64,000 bases of DNA, taken from NCBI GenBank assembly GCA_028023455.1, contig JAQFVV010000007.1:13392001-13456000 (forward strand), read 5' to 3'. Shown here piece after piece: positions 41,203-54,655 of this stretch. The notes below the pieces were generated by a model, which saw only the letters and a program-made list of their open reading frames with translations, ran no database searches and was not told the origin of the DNA. Numbering within the stretch: the first letter of the stretch is position 1; the number at the start of each line of letters is the position of its first letter. The position numbers and the translations under genes are program-made. Source of the stretch: Epiperipatus broadwayi. Lineage: Eukaryota > Animalia > Onychophora.

Positions 41203-41356
41203 TAACTAGAGGGATTTGAACTTAAGATTTTTCAGTATATATGTGTTCTCTGCTCCATCTCAAACATGACCAATCACATCATGCGTGTCGGTTGTTTGAA
41301 ATGGAGTAGAGAACAAAGATCGACCGAAAAATCCTAAGTTCAAATCTCTCTAGTTA
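41203..41356. mobile_element. Foldback/MITE-like palindrome (~154 bp)
   Basis: taactagagggatttgaacttaagatttttc..gttctctgctccatctcaaaca versus its reverse complement tgtttgaaatggagtagagaac..gaaaaatcctaagttcaaatctctctagtta. Confidence 0.8.
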
Positions 41357-42399
41357 CTTATTTAGAAACCATTCAGTACACTGACTAAAAAGCTTAATTA
41401 AATACATATTTTAGTTTTAAGCATTTTTGAATTATTGTTTCAAAAATTATTTTTTAAAACATTAGTTTTATTTAACATATGTTTTATTTTTCGTGTTTAT
41501 TTGACAGAAATATTTGAATAAAACACATACCGTTTTTACCGAACACGTTAAATGACTAAAACTATATTTTCAAGTTTTTTTTTGTGAAAACACCCGAAAA
41601 AATGTATTTTTAATTTACAAATTTTATTTCATATATTGGGGAGGGGGCATTAAAATTTACCTTGCACAAAAGCACTCCTTAGTCAATGGCGGGCCTACTT
41701 ATATATATACTATTATGTCAATATCTGTGTACATTAATCACCAATATATTCACAAGAAGTATATTGGTTGCTTTAGTTCGTGGAAATTAGTAATCATCAT
41801 TTGAAAGAAATGTGAACAATCTTATCGTTAAAATGTTTATAGATTTGCTCAATTTATAAACTGTTTGTGTGACATCAATTACTTAATAAAATTGCCTTTC
41901 AGAAAATTAGAATTTCCGTTAATAACTAACTGTCATGGCAATAATTTGATAAATAGTATTTTTCATTCATCTGAGATAAAATATATATATTTAACATTAA
42001 TTGGACATAAGGAGAAAATGTGGACTTTTATAATTGTTAAAATAATCACTCTACGCTTAAAAAGAATAATAAGATAAAAAAGGTAATTGATCTATTGAAG
42101 TTATTTTTAATTTAGAAGTCGAAAATAAGTGTTTATTTTTTTTCCCGTAACCGTTCTTTCGCTAATAACGGATTTATTTAATCACAATGTTAATAGTGAT
42201 AGAACACAATTATTATTAAAATAGACCAGTAATTACTTATATTAGTTCATTTTTTGAAGAATATAATTACATCTGTTTTGCCCCATTAAAATTAAGAGAA
42301 CATATATATATATATAAGAAGGTAGAATCGGTTTAATCTATAAACACACAGGCGATCATTTAAAGTGCAAGCATTGGGTGACATCACAGTCAGCATCAA

Positions 42400-42499
42400 A
42401 TTTTTTTTTTCCCCATGTATCAAATGTGTTAACTGGGAAGGAACCCGGGCCACCTGCTTGGAAGGCAGCTAGACTAACCACTAGGCCACCAACGCTTGA
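42400..42499 (-). mobile_element. tRNA-Gly(TCC)-derived short SINE-like copy with 9-bp TSD
   Basis: Minus strand gcgttggtggcctagtggttagtctagctgccTTCCAAgcaggtggcccgggttccttcccagttaacac + tttgatacatggg(A)n; flanked by cagcatcaa at 42391-42399 and 42500-42508. Confidence 0.9.
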
Positions 42500-43267
42500 C
42501 AGCATCAAGCATCAAAGAAATATTTCTCAATCATTTTTGTCAGAAATAGTATTGCACCATGAATGAAATTTGCCTAGATACCAAAAACTCTGGGGAAGTT
42601 CCTGGGTATGATATATAGTGTATCACTTCTGCCTTCCCTATCAAGACAAAGAAGATAGTCAATATTTTATAATCAGTGTACCATTTTTGACACATGAGTT
42701 GAGATGTGCCATTTTAGGATTTTAGGAAGAATTTAAATTTAAACGTGGATTATTTTAATAAAATTTCTGAGATTGATTTGCATACATGAGGCTTTCACTG
42801 TTTAGTGTTGAGTGTTTTTATTTAATTAATACAGCTTTTAATTCTTTTGTCCTTAAAAATCAGCAAAAAAATGTATTATTTCTATAGTTTATTTTAAAAT
42901 TTATGATTATATAATATTTGCATAATAATTATTTAAAAATAATGTATACATTATTATAATTACTAATTTCAGCATCACATAAATAACTTTTACTATTGCT
43001 TAAATATGTAACATTTAGGATTAAAATCACCTCACAGAACATTATCAGTTTTAATAAATTACTAAGAATTATTTGTAAGCAGATTTATAATGAATCGTTT
43101 TAACAAACTTGCAAATACAATTTTATTTTTCATATTTCAGTGCCATTCATGCAGTCTTCTCAGAAATCAGTATTGACTTATAAACAATATATATGGTTGG
43201 AGGTCAGATGAAAGAGGAATTCTCATTTTGTCAGACTAAAATAAAAAAAAAGCATTTAGAAATGACT

Positions 43268-43364
43268 AGTCAAGTGTTAGTGGCCTAGTGGTTAGCATAG
43301 CTGCCTTTCAAGCAGCTGACCCAGGTTCGCTTCCCAGTCAACGCTTTGACATATGAGAAAAAAA
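43268..43364 (+). mobile_element. tRNA-Gly(TCC)-derived short SINE-like copy
   Basis: gtgttagtggcctagtggttagcatagctgcctttcaagcagctgacccaggttcgcttcccagtcaacgc + tttgacatatgag(A)n. Confidence 0.87.
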
Positions 43365-44164
43365 TATTGTATTCGCAAGTTTATTAAAATAATTTATTAT
43401 GAGATTTCTTACAAATAATTCTGAGTAATGTATTTGTATGAGAATGTTTTGTGGTATGATTACTATAATTTGATATTATTCAAAATGCTTATTTTTAAGA
43501 ATATAAGTTAAAACATTTGATCATAACTGCAAACAGAAAACTACAGCAGAACATTTGTTGACAGCCTTTAAATACAGTTTCTATATAATGTTTGTAACAT
43601 TTTAAAACTGTAAATATAATTTTGAATTTTAGAATAAAATTTGGTAAATTTATGATTGCTTCACATTTATTTATTTGTGTTTTTAAAAGAATTTTTATTC
43701 CATAAAGATTTTGTTAATTTTCTTTTTTGCTGGTTATGCTATTTTTTTTTTACACCATCCAATCGGAAAAAAATCCATTCCTCTCATTATGTATTATCTT
43801 TATTTTATATATATGCATATATTTCTGAATTCAACTATAACTTTTTAAGATGGTTTTTATTTGTAATCTTATATCTCTAACAATTTAAGTCCAATTTATT
43901 AAATTCTAATACAGAATAATGATTTAATACTAAAATAAAATATTGATATGATTGCAAATACCACCACCAGGGAGAACAATAGAAATATTTTTGCCAGTTG
44001 AAGAGCAAATGAAATCAGCAAGATATTTTTGAATTTTAAAAAAGTCAATTATGGTCTCGGTTTGTGCCAATTTATGCAAGAAAATAATTTCAGTAAAGAA
44101 CAAACCTGCAAGACTTATAATGGTGAACAAATATAATTCACTAACATAAACACATAAACACAAC

Positions 44165-44650
44165 TATTAAAACAGGCAAAACTCTCTATATGTATTGCCA
44201 CTCAGTATAAGCCAGAGTAAACAATGGATGCCAGAAGGCTTGTGCATAAAGTCCCCATATCATCAGACTAGTTTCTGGCTTGTGGCCTTCATCATTGAGG
44301 AGCCTTGGATCTGAGAGCACTGCACCTTTCAGCAGACCTATATGACTATGTAAACTGGTAAACTCAGATAGAAAATATTATAGTGTTTTCAATTGAATTC
44401 TCATAGTTTTGTAGTTAAGTAGAGATAAAGGTTGTCTGCTGGAGGGTTGCATTAGATCCTAAAATCTAGGTGCAGTGCTCTCAGATCCAAGGCTCTTTAC
44501 TGATGAAGGCTACAAGCCAGAAACTAGTCTGAGGGTATTGGTTGAGTAGGCACTATATGGGAATTTTATGCACAAGCCTTCTGGCATCCATTGATTACTC
44601 TGGCTTGCACTGAGTGGCAATACATATAGAGAGTTTTGCCTGTTTTAATA
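44165..44650. mobile_element. Head-to-head inverted repeat (arms 44165-44327 and 44468-44650) carrying hammerhead motifs; resembles inverted Penelope pseudo-LTRs
   Basis: Arms are near-identical reverse complements apart from a ~20-bp indel; each contains a hammerhead-like core pointing outward. Confidence 0.8.
44493..44535 (+). ncRNA. Type I hammerhead ribozyme-like motif with palindromic stem III (ACTAGT) and GUC cleavage triplet
   Basis: ctcttta CTGATGA a GGCT aca AGCC a GAAA CTAG TC tgaggg; other copies give stem I CCTCA/TGAGG or TTCTCA/TGGGAA. Confidence 0.75.
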
Positions 44651-46421
44651 ACAGTTAAGAGCAAGCATAAGAAATGGTGATCTTGTTATGTTTATTGGCT
44701 TAAAAACAACTATTACTCTAAATTAGCATTTCAAAGTTAAGCAAATCATCTAATTATAGAATGAACAAATTTTCTTTATAACTCAGCCCATTAAATTTGA
44801 TGTTATAATTATTTTTTTCTGGAGTAATAATAAAATTACATTTTGATAACAATATTACTTTTTATTTTTATAATCAGAGCTTTGATATGCAAATTATGAA
44901 ACCAAAGTATGTTGTATTGGCATATGTCTCATAGGTTGACCATCTCTTATATAATAATTTTAATTCAAATTAACATTAAAAAAGTTTTTTGTTAATTATT
45001 TATTTCCAGACAAATGGGTTTTGTTTATATACAACATAATTATTATCCACATAATTATTATCAATAAACAATGTCCAGTACTTTTAGGCCAATATGTAAT
45101 GATATTGGGTGAATGGATGAGAGAAAGATCCAGTTTCTTTTTGGCCAAAATGTAAAGAACTTGAATGAATGTGAAAGAGAGGTCATGTTTTTATAATAAT
45201 AATAATTGTATGATTTAATTATTATCATTTTCCAAATCGATGTCCATAGAATAAGAAATATTCATGCTTATTTGCTATAAATCACAGAATGCAACAGTAC
45301 ATCTAAACCTGGGCACTAAGTACTAATTAATCAAGGCTTAAGCAAAAATATGTTGTTAATGCTTCAGCCTGCGGACTCTCAACACACACACACACACACG
45401 TTTCTGCAGATTAGTTGCACTTTTTTTTTTGCATTTCTTATAATAAATTTAATTTTATTAATATATTCAATTTTAAGTACATTAATGAAAAAATAATCAC
45501 TTCCTTCTGATATTAACTGTCACATTTGCATAAAAATTTAATTAAATTTAGAATTGAAAGAAGGTATTATTTTTATGTTGTTTATATATGCAGAAATCAG
45601 ATTAATTCTGTTATTACAATTAACTTGCGTTTGAATAATATAATAATCATAAATAATTAATATTATATTGTGACTATTCTTATTTTATTTTTAAAATCAT
45701 CATCATCATATGCTAGACTAAATATTATTTGAATTATGGAAACAAAATTAATATGATATAATTGCAATAATATTGTGTTTTAATGAAACCATTTATATAT
45801 AATTTGGCATTTATAGTTTTTTATTTATTGTTATAAATATATTTTTGAGTGTCTAAAGGATATATTAAAATCAGTAAAAGCTAAAACCTTTATTTTTCAC
45901 ACACACATATAGCTGATCTATGTTTCTTAAAATTTTAACTTTTTTGTTCAAAAATTTAAAGCTTGGTGCAAAGACTGAGTGGCAGACATTGGTGCACATA
46001 TTCAGAAGTTATTGCCCAGATCTGTTATTTTAGCCATTCAAAATTATTACAAACTTCCACATAATAAAGCTTTTCAGTTATTGCTTTATGTGAATTTAAT
46101 CCAATAAAAGACTCTGGAACACAAGACCCAAGGATTATGGGTTAGCTTTGTCACTTTCAAAACAACACTCAAATTTTCTCTAAAAATCTGGAGTAATAAA
46201 CCGTTTGATTACTATTATTAATTAAAATAGTGCATTTTTATTGGAAATGCAATTTGTATAGAAATTCTTTTACAATTCTCATGTTCATCTATTATTTTGA
46301 CAAATTCTGAGAAAAGATAAGTTTGTTGTGATCTTTATACCTTTTTGCCTCAATCACTTCAGGCTTATTTTCTTTATGATCAGTATTTTGGCACATTTAC
46401 CATATTTATTTTCTGCAAAAA

Positions 46422-46800
46422 CATCATCATCATCATTAGCAATTTATTTCAGGATAAAAACCTTCAAGTTCAATCCAATTACAATGATCCCTAGAATTTT
46501 TTTATCCACTACAAAATCCAGAAAATTTTTATGTTTCATGTACCTGTCATGGATTTTTTAATGTCTTTTACCCATTAATTAGAACCAAATTTAAACTTTA
46601 ATTGTCTACTTATTGTCTTTTAGTAATATAACCATCTCACCTCCATTTGGATCATTTAATTTCTGGAGTGTTTAGATTTGAAGATGCAGTAATGTCTACT
46701 TATGCATGTGACAAAGTTATTTTAATTCTGTCTCTATAATCTACCTTCCAAAACATATGTCTTGATGCTTTTTAGAAAGTGTCTCATCAGTTAAATATTA
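46422..46800 (-). mobile_element. Degraded RTE LINE 3' fragment
   Basis: (ATC)n tail at 46422-46435 and collinear remnants (ccttcaagttcaatcc, ttgtctacttattgtcttttagt). Confidence 0.55.
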
Positions 46801-47870
46801 CTTTTTGGATAGGCAAAGGTCATGTAGCTTTTAGGATTGCAACAATTTAGAATATAGAAAATTTATGTTTTATATCTTAATAGAGTTTAAAAAGTAGTCA
46901 TTATCCAGTAACTTATGCTTTTTTTATAACTTCAATAACACTTGTTTACATATTTAACCTTAAAGAAGTGCACATGATTCATTAATAACATAATTCAGGA
47001 ATAAGCAAAAAATGTAGTACTTGAAGAATATGCATTTAAATTCTTTATTGATTTAAGTAGAGTAACTCAAAAATATGAGAGGGTGCTGCTATGGTCTGAA
47101 TTTAAATTATTGCATTGTGATACTATTTTTAGCACTATTTCTGTACTTTTACATTCATTTAACATTAAAAACATTCACTAAAGTAATATTGATTTATTAA
47201 ATCAAAAATAATTCTCAAGGTGACAGTATTGTTAAGAGAAAATGTTCACAAATAAACCAATATCCAAATTACCATATCACTGATTAGTAGTTTCTAGTTC
47301 TATCCATAAGAGAGTGCTTGCACAAACTTTAAGTGGATTTATTTTTTGTTAGATATCAAAATTAAAACATATTTTTCATTGTTTATTGACATATTTATGA
47401 TTATTTTTCGTGGTATATTTGTGTAATATTTACTTTTTGGAATAACTTTATTAGATTTACATTTTATTTGGAAAGAGTCAAATCAAAAAAAATCAATGGC
47501 ATAAGTCTCTGAGACTTGTAATTAAGCAAGCTCATATTCACATTGACTGTATAGGATTTATTTCTACCATTTTTAAAAAATTATGAATTGAATTTCAAAT
47601 AGAATTTTGTTAGTTTTAAGTAGTCTAAACTTTAATTTATTTGGCATTTCCAGATTAAATTGAAATAGTTCTAATTTTTTTTTGTTTTATGTTTTTATGA
47701 GTAATGTGGGCCCATATAATAAGAATGAAATATTTTTGTTTTTTATAAATTTGACAATTTATCTTAATTTTTTTTTTTTTCTATATTTGCAAAGTTAAAA
47801 TACAATTTTTAAGAATAATTTTCATTTGTAAACATATATTTTGAACAAACATTTTAAGATTTCTGAAAAT

Positions 47871-48202
47871 ATACTACTGTTAAAAAAAAGTTTATATTAA
47901 ATGTTTTTACTTACTGTGCACTAAAATGAAAAAAAAAAAGCTGTTGCTTCAATCACAATTGGGTTTTTTAGATTTATCTTGAAATAAAAGCATGAGGGTG
48001 GATGTCCAGAAATTAATTAAGTTAACCCCTTATTATAAAAATATAGATTGACTTAATTAATTTCTCGACTCTCCATGCTTTTATTTCAAGTTAAATCTAA
48101 CAACTCTAATTGTGGTTGAAGCAACTTTTTTTTTCTTTTTATTGAATAGTAAAGCATTTAATATATAAATAATTAACTCTATTATTTTTAACTCTTTAGT
48201 AT
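47871..48202. mobile_element. Foldback/MITE-like palindrome (~330 bp), possibly TA-flanked
   Basis: Core arms gttgcttcaatcacaatt..ttagattta.cttgaaataaaagcatg..gagaaattaattaagt and reverse complement; weaker outer arms to atacta/tagtat. Confidence 0.75.
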
Positions 48203-50253
48203 TGGCACAGTAAATAAAAATGTAAAACTATAGTACACTTTAAATTGACTTGGCACTTATAATTGATATATAAACTGTACCATTATATTGGTGCAACATG
48301 TGTTGGGCATTCTACCTTGAAAGAAGATTACTGAGAAAAAAGTATATTTTATAAAATATGATAATAATATATATAAATGTAGATATTTTATTTAATAAAT
48401 AAGATTTATTATTTCATTTGTAACTACCCATGGTAATCAAAGAAAATGTACATGTAGATTATTTTAAAATAAAAAAAAATGCAAGTAAAAGGAGATGTGA
48501 TATTTTTTCTCCTTAATTAAATATAGATGATTTGAATATCAATTGCCAATATGGACTTAATAAATGAAAAAAGATAAAAAGTTAGAGATTGTATAAAGTC
48601 AAATCTTGTCTAAATATTGTAAAGTATTCATTTATTTTGGTTGATGAAATTATGTTACTCCAGAAACCAAAAATAAAAGCTATATTAAAGATAATATAAA
48701 AGAATGTACTGTATATAAGTTATGATTAATATTGTAAATTAATTATTATAAAAAAGAAGTTTTGTGGGGAAATTAAATTCCTGAAGAGATAAAGAAAAGT
48801 GTGAATAGGTACTTGCACAATGGAATCAGACCACTGGTATAAAAAGATGACCCTGAGAACTTTAATACATTTCTTCTTTGCTTCATTAATATTGTTTGTG
48901 AATTCTGTAAATTAGAGTATTGTATTCTTCATTGAGCAGTGTATCATAAAGAAAGATTTAGAATACTGGAAAAAAAATATTTTCCAAATGCTAGCTTTTA
49001 CCTGAGGGTCCTGATGCACTGATAAATAGATAAAGTCACTGATGGCTTCTTCCTATTTTAAAGTCAAGGAAATGCCTTAATATGTCTATAATACCAGGAC
49101 CTTAGCAAGCTAAAAAGAAAACATTTTAACCAGACCTAATGGTTCCCATAGAGAGTAGAAATAAAAAATCTATAGCCATCATAAGCACATATTGTACCAA
49201 TCATTGAATCCAATCAAAGCAATAATAGATAAGATTAATGAGAACTCTATACTTAACTTTAAAGTTTATCTGAAGTAGTAATATAAACTTTTAATAAACT
49301 AAAAATTCATATAAATTAAACTATTATTGCTAATAAAATACCTAATTAAATTTATAATTAAGAATATATTTTATGAATATTCTATGTAATGTATCTATAT
49401 ATTAATGTTCAATGATATTTAGTAGAGTAGTATTAATAAATAATTTTATATTTATAGTATATACTTACTGGTTTATTTAATATATGTAGCAATTTAAATT
49501 CAGCAATTTTCATTATTTAGATTCCTCCATGTATGAATGCTATTACACATATTTAAATTACTAAATCTCCATAAATAAAAATCTGATAACAAAACAAAAC
49601 TGTAATGAGAAAGGAGAGAGAAAAATTCAATCTTTATTAATTAACCTTATGATAGTGTGTTCAGATAATGTGATCCACTGAACATTAGCACCTGAAATAA
49701 AAAATAAAAACTGTCACAAGTTATAGTATTGTGATTCAAAGTTAGAATGACCTAAAAATATAATCACATTTTTCCTAACATTCGTTTACTAAATTAAAAA
49801 GGAGGGAGAAATTTGGTTATATCATAAACATTAATCTGTTATACTTGCATATATAGTATAAATGATTGAAAATCCCTTTAGCAACCAAGAACTATATAAA
49901 TATAAAAAAATAACATGTGAAAAAGCTTCAACCCAATACAAAACATATTACTAGATATTTCTGTTATAAATTAAAATGTATACCTCTTATGTATAATATA
50001 TATGTAAATAATTTATTACAAATATGAAATATTGTTTTGAGTGAATAGTGTTTGATACTTTTGCTTTTGATTGAAATGTCTTTTTTTTTTAAAAAAAAAA
50101 AAAGCTTACCAAAGCTATATTGTAATTAATTTTCACTTAATATGTATAATTTTACTTTAAATCAATTTCACATTTATAGTGTATATTACTACTAGATATT
50201 TCAGCGATAAGTTAATATATGTATTTTTATGTAAATATCAAATTTAGTATGGG

Positions 50254-50440
50254 TCATCATCATCAACCTTTATCAATCCACTGCAGGATGAAGGTCTCTC
50301 CAAGTTCAATCTATCTTCTCTGATCTTTAGCTTCTCTTCTCCACATCACCCCTCCACACTTTCTTATTTCATCCATCTATCTCACATGTGGTATCTTTCT
50401 GTGTCTTTTACAATCTCTTGGAATCCAGTTTAAGATTTCA
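50254..50440 (-). mobile_element. RTE LINE extreme 3' fragment
   Basis: tcatcatcatcaacctttatcaatccactgcaggatgaaggtctctccaagttcaat, near-identical to 33877-34050. Confidence 0.88.
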
Positions 50441-50453
50441 CTTGTATGTGTAC

Positions 50454-50495
<42 letters not shown>

Positions 50496-52160
50496 AATTA
50501 GTAACTAACTTTTCTGCTTAAAATTGGTTGAACTTTTTTTATTTTAGAAAAAAACCTTAACAAAAGTAAATTATAAACAAACATTCTTATTATTTACATG
50601 AAGCTTACAATTTCAACCAAGACAATCATAAGCATTAGTTAAAACATTGAAGTTTCCACTCCCACCCTCCATTCTTTCATATATAATTATCTAAGCCATT
50701 TATTTAAATTATTAATGCGTCCTATCACTTTCATAGACATTTTTTTAAATGTATAAAATTTCAACAAAGTATATTGAACTTAACTTTAGTAACCAATCAA
50801 TGTGTGTGACTACTCACCAAACTATGAATAAAACCTAGTGAGTATCAAGATAAATGGCATTCCATATTGTATACATTTATTTTCATAATTAAACTTTTTT
50901 TATATATAATGATAATTATTTTAATTTGTTTAGATATATTTAAATTTTCAAACAAATATACCTTTAAAAAGGCAATATTTAATATTGAAAACATAAGAAA
51001 ATAAATAAAGAAATAAAGTTTTTACCTGAAACAATGGAACACACCACCATTGGACGTTAGTATCTGTTAAAAAGTTAGAAACATGAAATATTAGATATTA
51101 GAATTTTATGTGAAGAAGTGATATATTTACAATTAGTTTTTGAAAAGATGGTAAGTAAAATATTTTAATAACAATAAATAATTTATTAACTTTTAGAATT
51201 TTTTTAAAAAATAAAATGTTTTCAAAGACAATCCTCTACTAGTGACATAGTTTTTGGTTTAATAATATCTTTTATAGGAATATTGCATCATAATCATTAA
51301 AAATTATTGAAAATGACAATTTTGTTTAGTTTTGCTGCAAGGTAAACAATCTAAAGCATCAATGACAAATTTCATTCCTTCATAGTTTTGTCAGAACAAT
51401 AGAAGGTGCTGTCAATCATACACAAAGGATTGTAAATGTCCATATTATGCTAACTTTCTGAGTTTTTTAATTAGTGCTTTAAAAGGCTAGCTTCAAAAAT
51501 AAAAATGTTACATCACCTTGCATACTGTAATATAAGTTATATATGCACTTTAAAACTGCATAAAAAGTAGTGATTGCTCACCATTGAAATTCCTAAAAAT
51601 TGAAACTATGAAATATTGCTGACTTTATGGATATAATTAAATCTCAACTTTAAAATATTAAAATGTTATTAAACTGAAAAAAAGTAATTTGTATGCTACC
51701 CTCTAGGAAGTCTTACTTAAAACATATTAATGTTCTAAAAAAAAAATTTAGAAATTAGAAATTACAAAGATTCAATGATTTCCTCTCTCTGTCCTACAAA
51801 AATGATTAGTGTCTCATATGGATTAGTCTACTATTAATTAGTTATATATTAATTTTCAGGCAACTATATTGAATTTAAATCTACAAAACCTCAATTTTAA
51901 ATTTCATTCTAATTTTTTAAAAAATCAAAAGTTTACAAGCAAACACACCAACAGAAACTCATCTTCCAACTTCAATAAAAGCATTTAAAAATAAAGGAAA
52001 ATTTAATCAAATATAAAATTGTAAATATTTGTTAGTAGGGATTCTCCAAAAATTACAACAAATAAATGATTAAGTGTATATTGCATATTTACTTATTCAT
52101 TTTTATTTTGAATATAATGGTTGTTTTTAACAAGATTGTTCAGTATCAACAAGCTTGAAA

Positions 52161-52310
52161 TATATAGTTAATGTTTTCCATGTCTTTTTCATGTATAAAG
52201 TATATAATGTGTCCATGCTTTTCTATATATGAAGTATATAGTTTATGCTCATGCCATTTCTACGTATGAAGTATACAGTTAATTTTTTCATGTTTTTTTC
52301 ATGCATAAAG
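52161..52310 (+). repeat. Degenerate minisatellite, four 34-40 bp units
   Basis: tatatagttaatgttttccatgt...atgtataaag repeated with variation. Confidence 0.7.
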
Positions 52311-53884
52311 CAGGATTGATAATGTCTTATCTTTATTGTTATTGCTTTGCAATGGGTAATGATTTGGATATTTTTTCTCTCTCATTACCAATGTTATTAT
52401 GATAGACAGTACTAAAAGGAATGTATGTGTAAGACATGTCTCATTTCATCTGCAAAAACATCAAAATGTCATATTTAAATATACTTATCACTAAGGATTC
52501 TTTTTTTATCTTGTGTTTGTTATTTTCAAATATTTTAATGACATCCCAATTATATTCTAAAAGAATTTTTCTTAGTGGTTATAATGTTTTGTCTATTCAT
52601 TTCTACATTTTTTAAACAACATGACTGGATCAATTAATAAATTATCAATTTAGTATCAATTATTCAATTACTTTCCATAATAAATTTCTGATTTTTAAAA
52701 GAATAAATTTTTGTATTTAGGATATTTGCAATTCATCAGTTGTGAGAAATTCTTTCAAGATGTATAATTGGTCAAATAGATTTTAATAAGCATTTCAAGA
52801 CATTTTTCTGGTGCAAGTTTATTAGCAGTCTTCTTGCAGAGGATTTTATCAAGAGAGTAAGTGTAGTATAAGATAAATGCAAAAATAAAATGTCATTTTT
52901 GCTTTTGAACATTTTCCCATTCATTACTTATGGTATAGATCAACAAACAATGATAGATCAGTTGATCTTTTATGTCTACAATTTAAATTTCATACAAGGT
53001 ACTAGTGAATGTAAATTTTGGTCTTTTATTAATAACTGAATTAGACATTTTATTCAGAAGATTGATTATTTTACAAATTATAAAAAGATTATCAAACTCC
53101 ATGGAGTTTTTAATTATGCAGGATGGTTCTTTAGATTTTTGTCTTTTGGTGATCAACTTTTCATGATCTCCAAGCAATAAACCATTCCTTCTATGAGTGT
53201 AATAAATCTTTAAAGTTGATCTTAAAAGCAATTATTATCTTTAAAATAGTAAAAATAAAAAAATAAAAAAATAAATATAATTATGTAGTTATATTTACAA
53301 TGTGTTCTAGTAATATTTATTAAGGTTGTAGCCTCTAGCACATGCGTATAAAAATGTGATAATAGGGACCTCTATAGGTCTTAAACCACAAGCTTACTCT
53401 TTGGAAGAAAAGTGTGAAGCTAACCATTTTTTATTCCAATCTGTCTGAAAAACTACCATGTGTTATGCTATGACATATTTTTATTTATTTATCCCCCCCT
53501 CCCAATTTAATTTATTTTAAGTTCAACTTCACCCACTGTTATTTAATATTCCTTACTGACAATTTCTATCATATTTGCTCTTTTTATAATGGATCCTAAT
53601 ATCGTCTGTTCTTAAAAAATATTGAAAGAAATATTTTATAATTTGAATTTCATTTTCAAAATTGAAACACAATTAAGCTGAGAGATTGTAACAGAATGAA
53701 ATATGCTTAAAATTCAAATTATTATTATTAAAATTTAAAAAAATAAATTTTATCGGCATTTATGAAAGCAATTCTTGTCAGCTGATTTTTAAAAACAGTT
53801 TATGTTTTATCCATATAATTCTATAATTAAAACCACTTTTTTTCCTTTCAAAAACTTTATTTGATGTATATATATATCCACTTA

Positions 53885-53932
53885 TTTCCAATGTTTCGAC
53901 TATCTTTACTCTATAGTCATTTTCAAGGATCT
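53885..53932 (-). ncRNA. Hammerhead-like motif, U3-A8 variant (left arm)
   Basis: agatcc TTGAAAA T GACTAT agagtaaag ATAGTC GAAAC att ggaaa; perfect 6-bp stem II. Confidence 0.6.
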
Positions 53933-54244
53933 AGAAAAAACATTACATTATAAACAAACTTCACATAATAAAAACAAAAAACAAAAAAACAAAAATAATC
54001 AAAAACAATATAAAACATATAAACCCCATAAAATTTAAAAATAAATAAAATACATTAAAATCAATTAAATTAAAAACACAAAACACACACCACACTTACT
54101 TGAATCCCTTCTCAAAAAACTTTCCCTTTTTACATTTTCTTTTATCCAAAAAACCAATTGTTACAATAAAAAACTTATTTCCTTTTTCTTTCTTATATAC
54201 TTCAAAAATGAATTTATTTCCAAAAATAATTCTTTATTCATGTC

Positions 54245-54604
54245 TTATCCAATTCTATTTAAAACAGGTTTATATATTTTTATATATAAACTCTCTTTTA
54301 CCATTCTTTCTTTATACAATCTAACCCCCTCCAACATTTTAATCTTAAAATCTGTATGTCCAACTTCTTTACTATGTATATTTACATTAGAATTCCTATC
54401 TCTCAAATGCTGTTTCAAACTTGTCTCTAATTTGTTCTTTGTTGTACCAATATATGATACATCTTTATTCTCTTTTTTACAATCCAAACCTTCTATTTTA
54501 TAAATACCATTCATGTTTTCAACATTCCTATTTCTTATCATATTACCTAAGTTACATTTCCTTTTATATACTGGTTTCAAACAATAAACCACATTCCTTA
54601 CCAT
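54245..54604 (-). pseudogene. GIY-YIG endonuclease domain, left-arm copy (first Cys mutated to Gly)
   Basis: GIYKIEGLDC...SYIGTTKNKLETSLKQH. Confidence 0.8.
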
Positions 54605-54655
54605 ATTTCTTATTCATATCCCTCATTATCTTTTTAATCTTAAAAAAAGTACTTT

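Noticed and set aside
39594-41697. Possible hAT-like ends (catggccaatgcaag / ggcgggccta)
   Set aside because: Terminal inverted match is too weak and no 8-bp TSD was seen.
42425-42495. Functional tRNA-Gly gene (anticodon TCC intact)
   Set aside because: Disrupted T-loop and acceptor stem, A-tail and TSD indicate a retroposed copy.
52721-52856. Plus-strand segment with a good acceptor and GTAAGT donor
   Set aside because: Stops in all three frames; cannot distinguish a pseudo-exon or UTR exon from chance.
53515-53790. RTDDI and T.GEVE strings suggesting a Penelope RT on the minus strand
   Set aside because: Not conserved in the copy at 70-340, and no upstream GSPLS-type motif.
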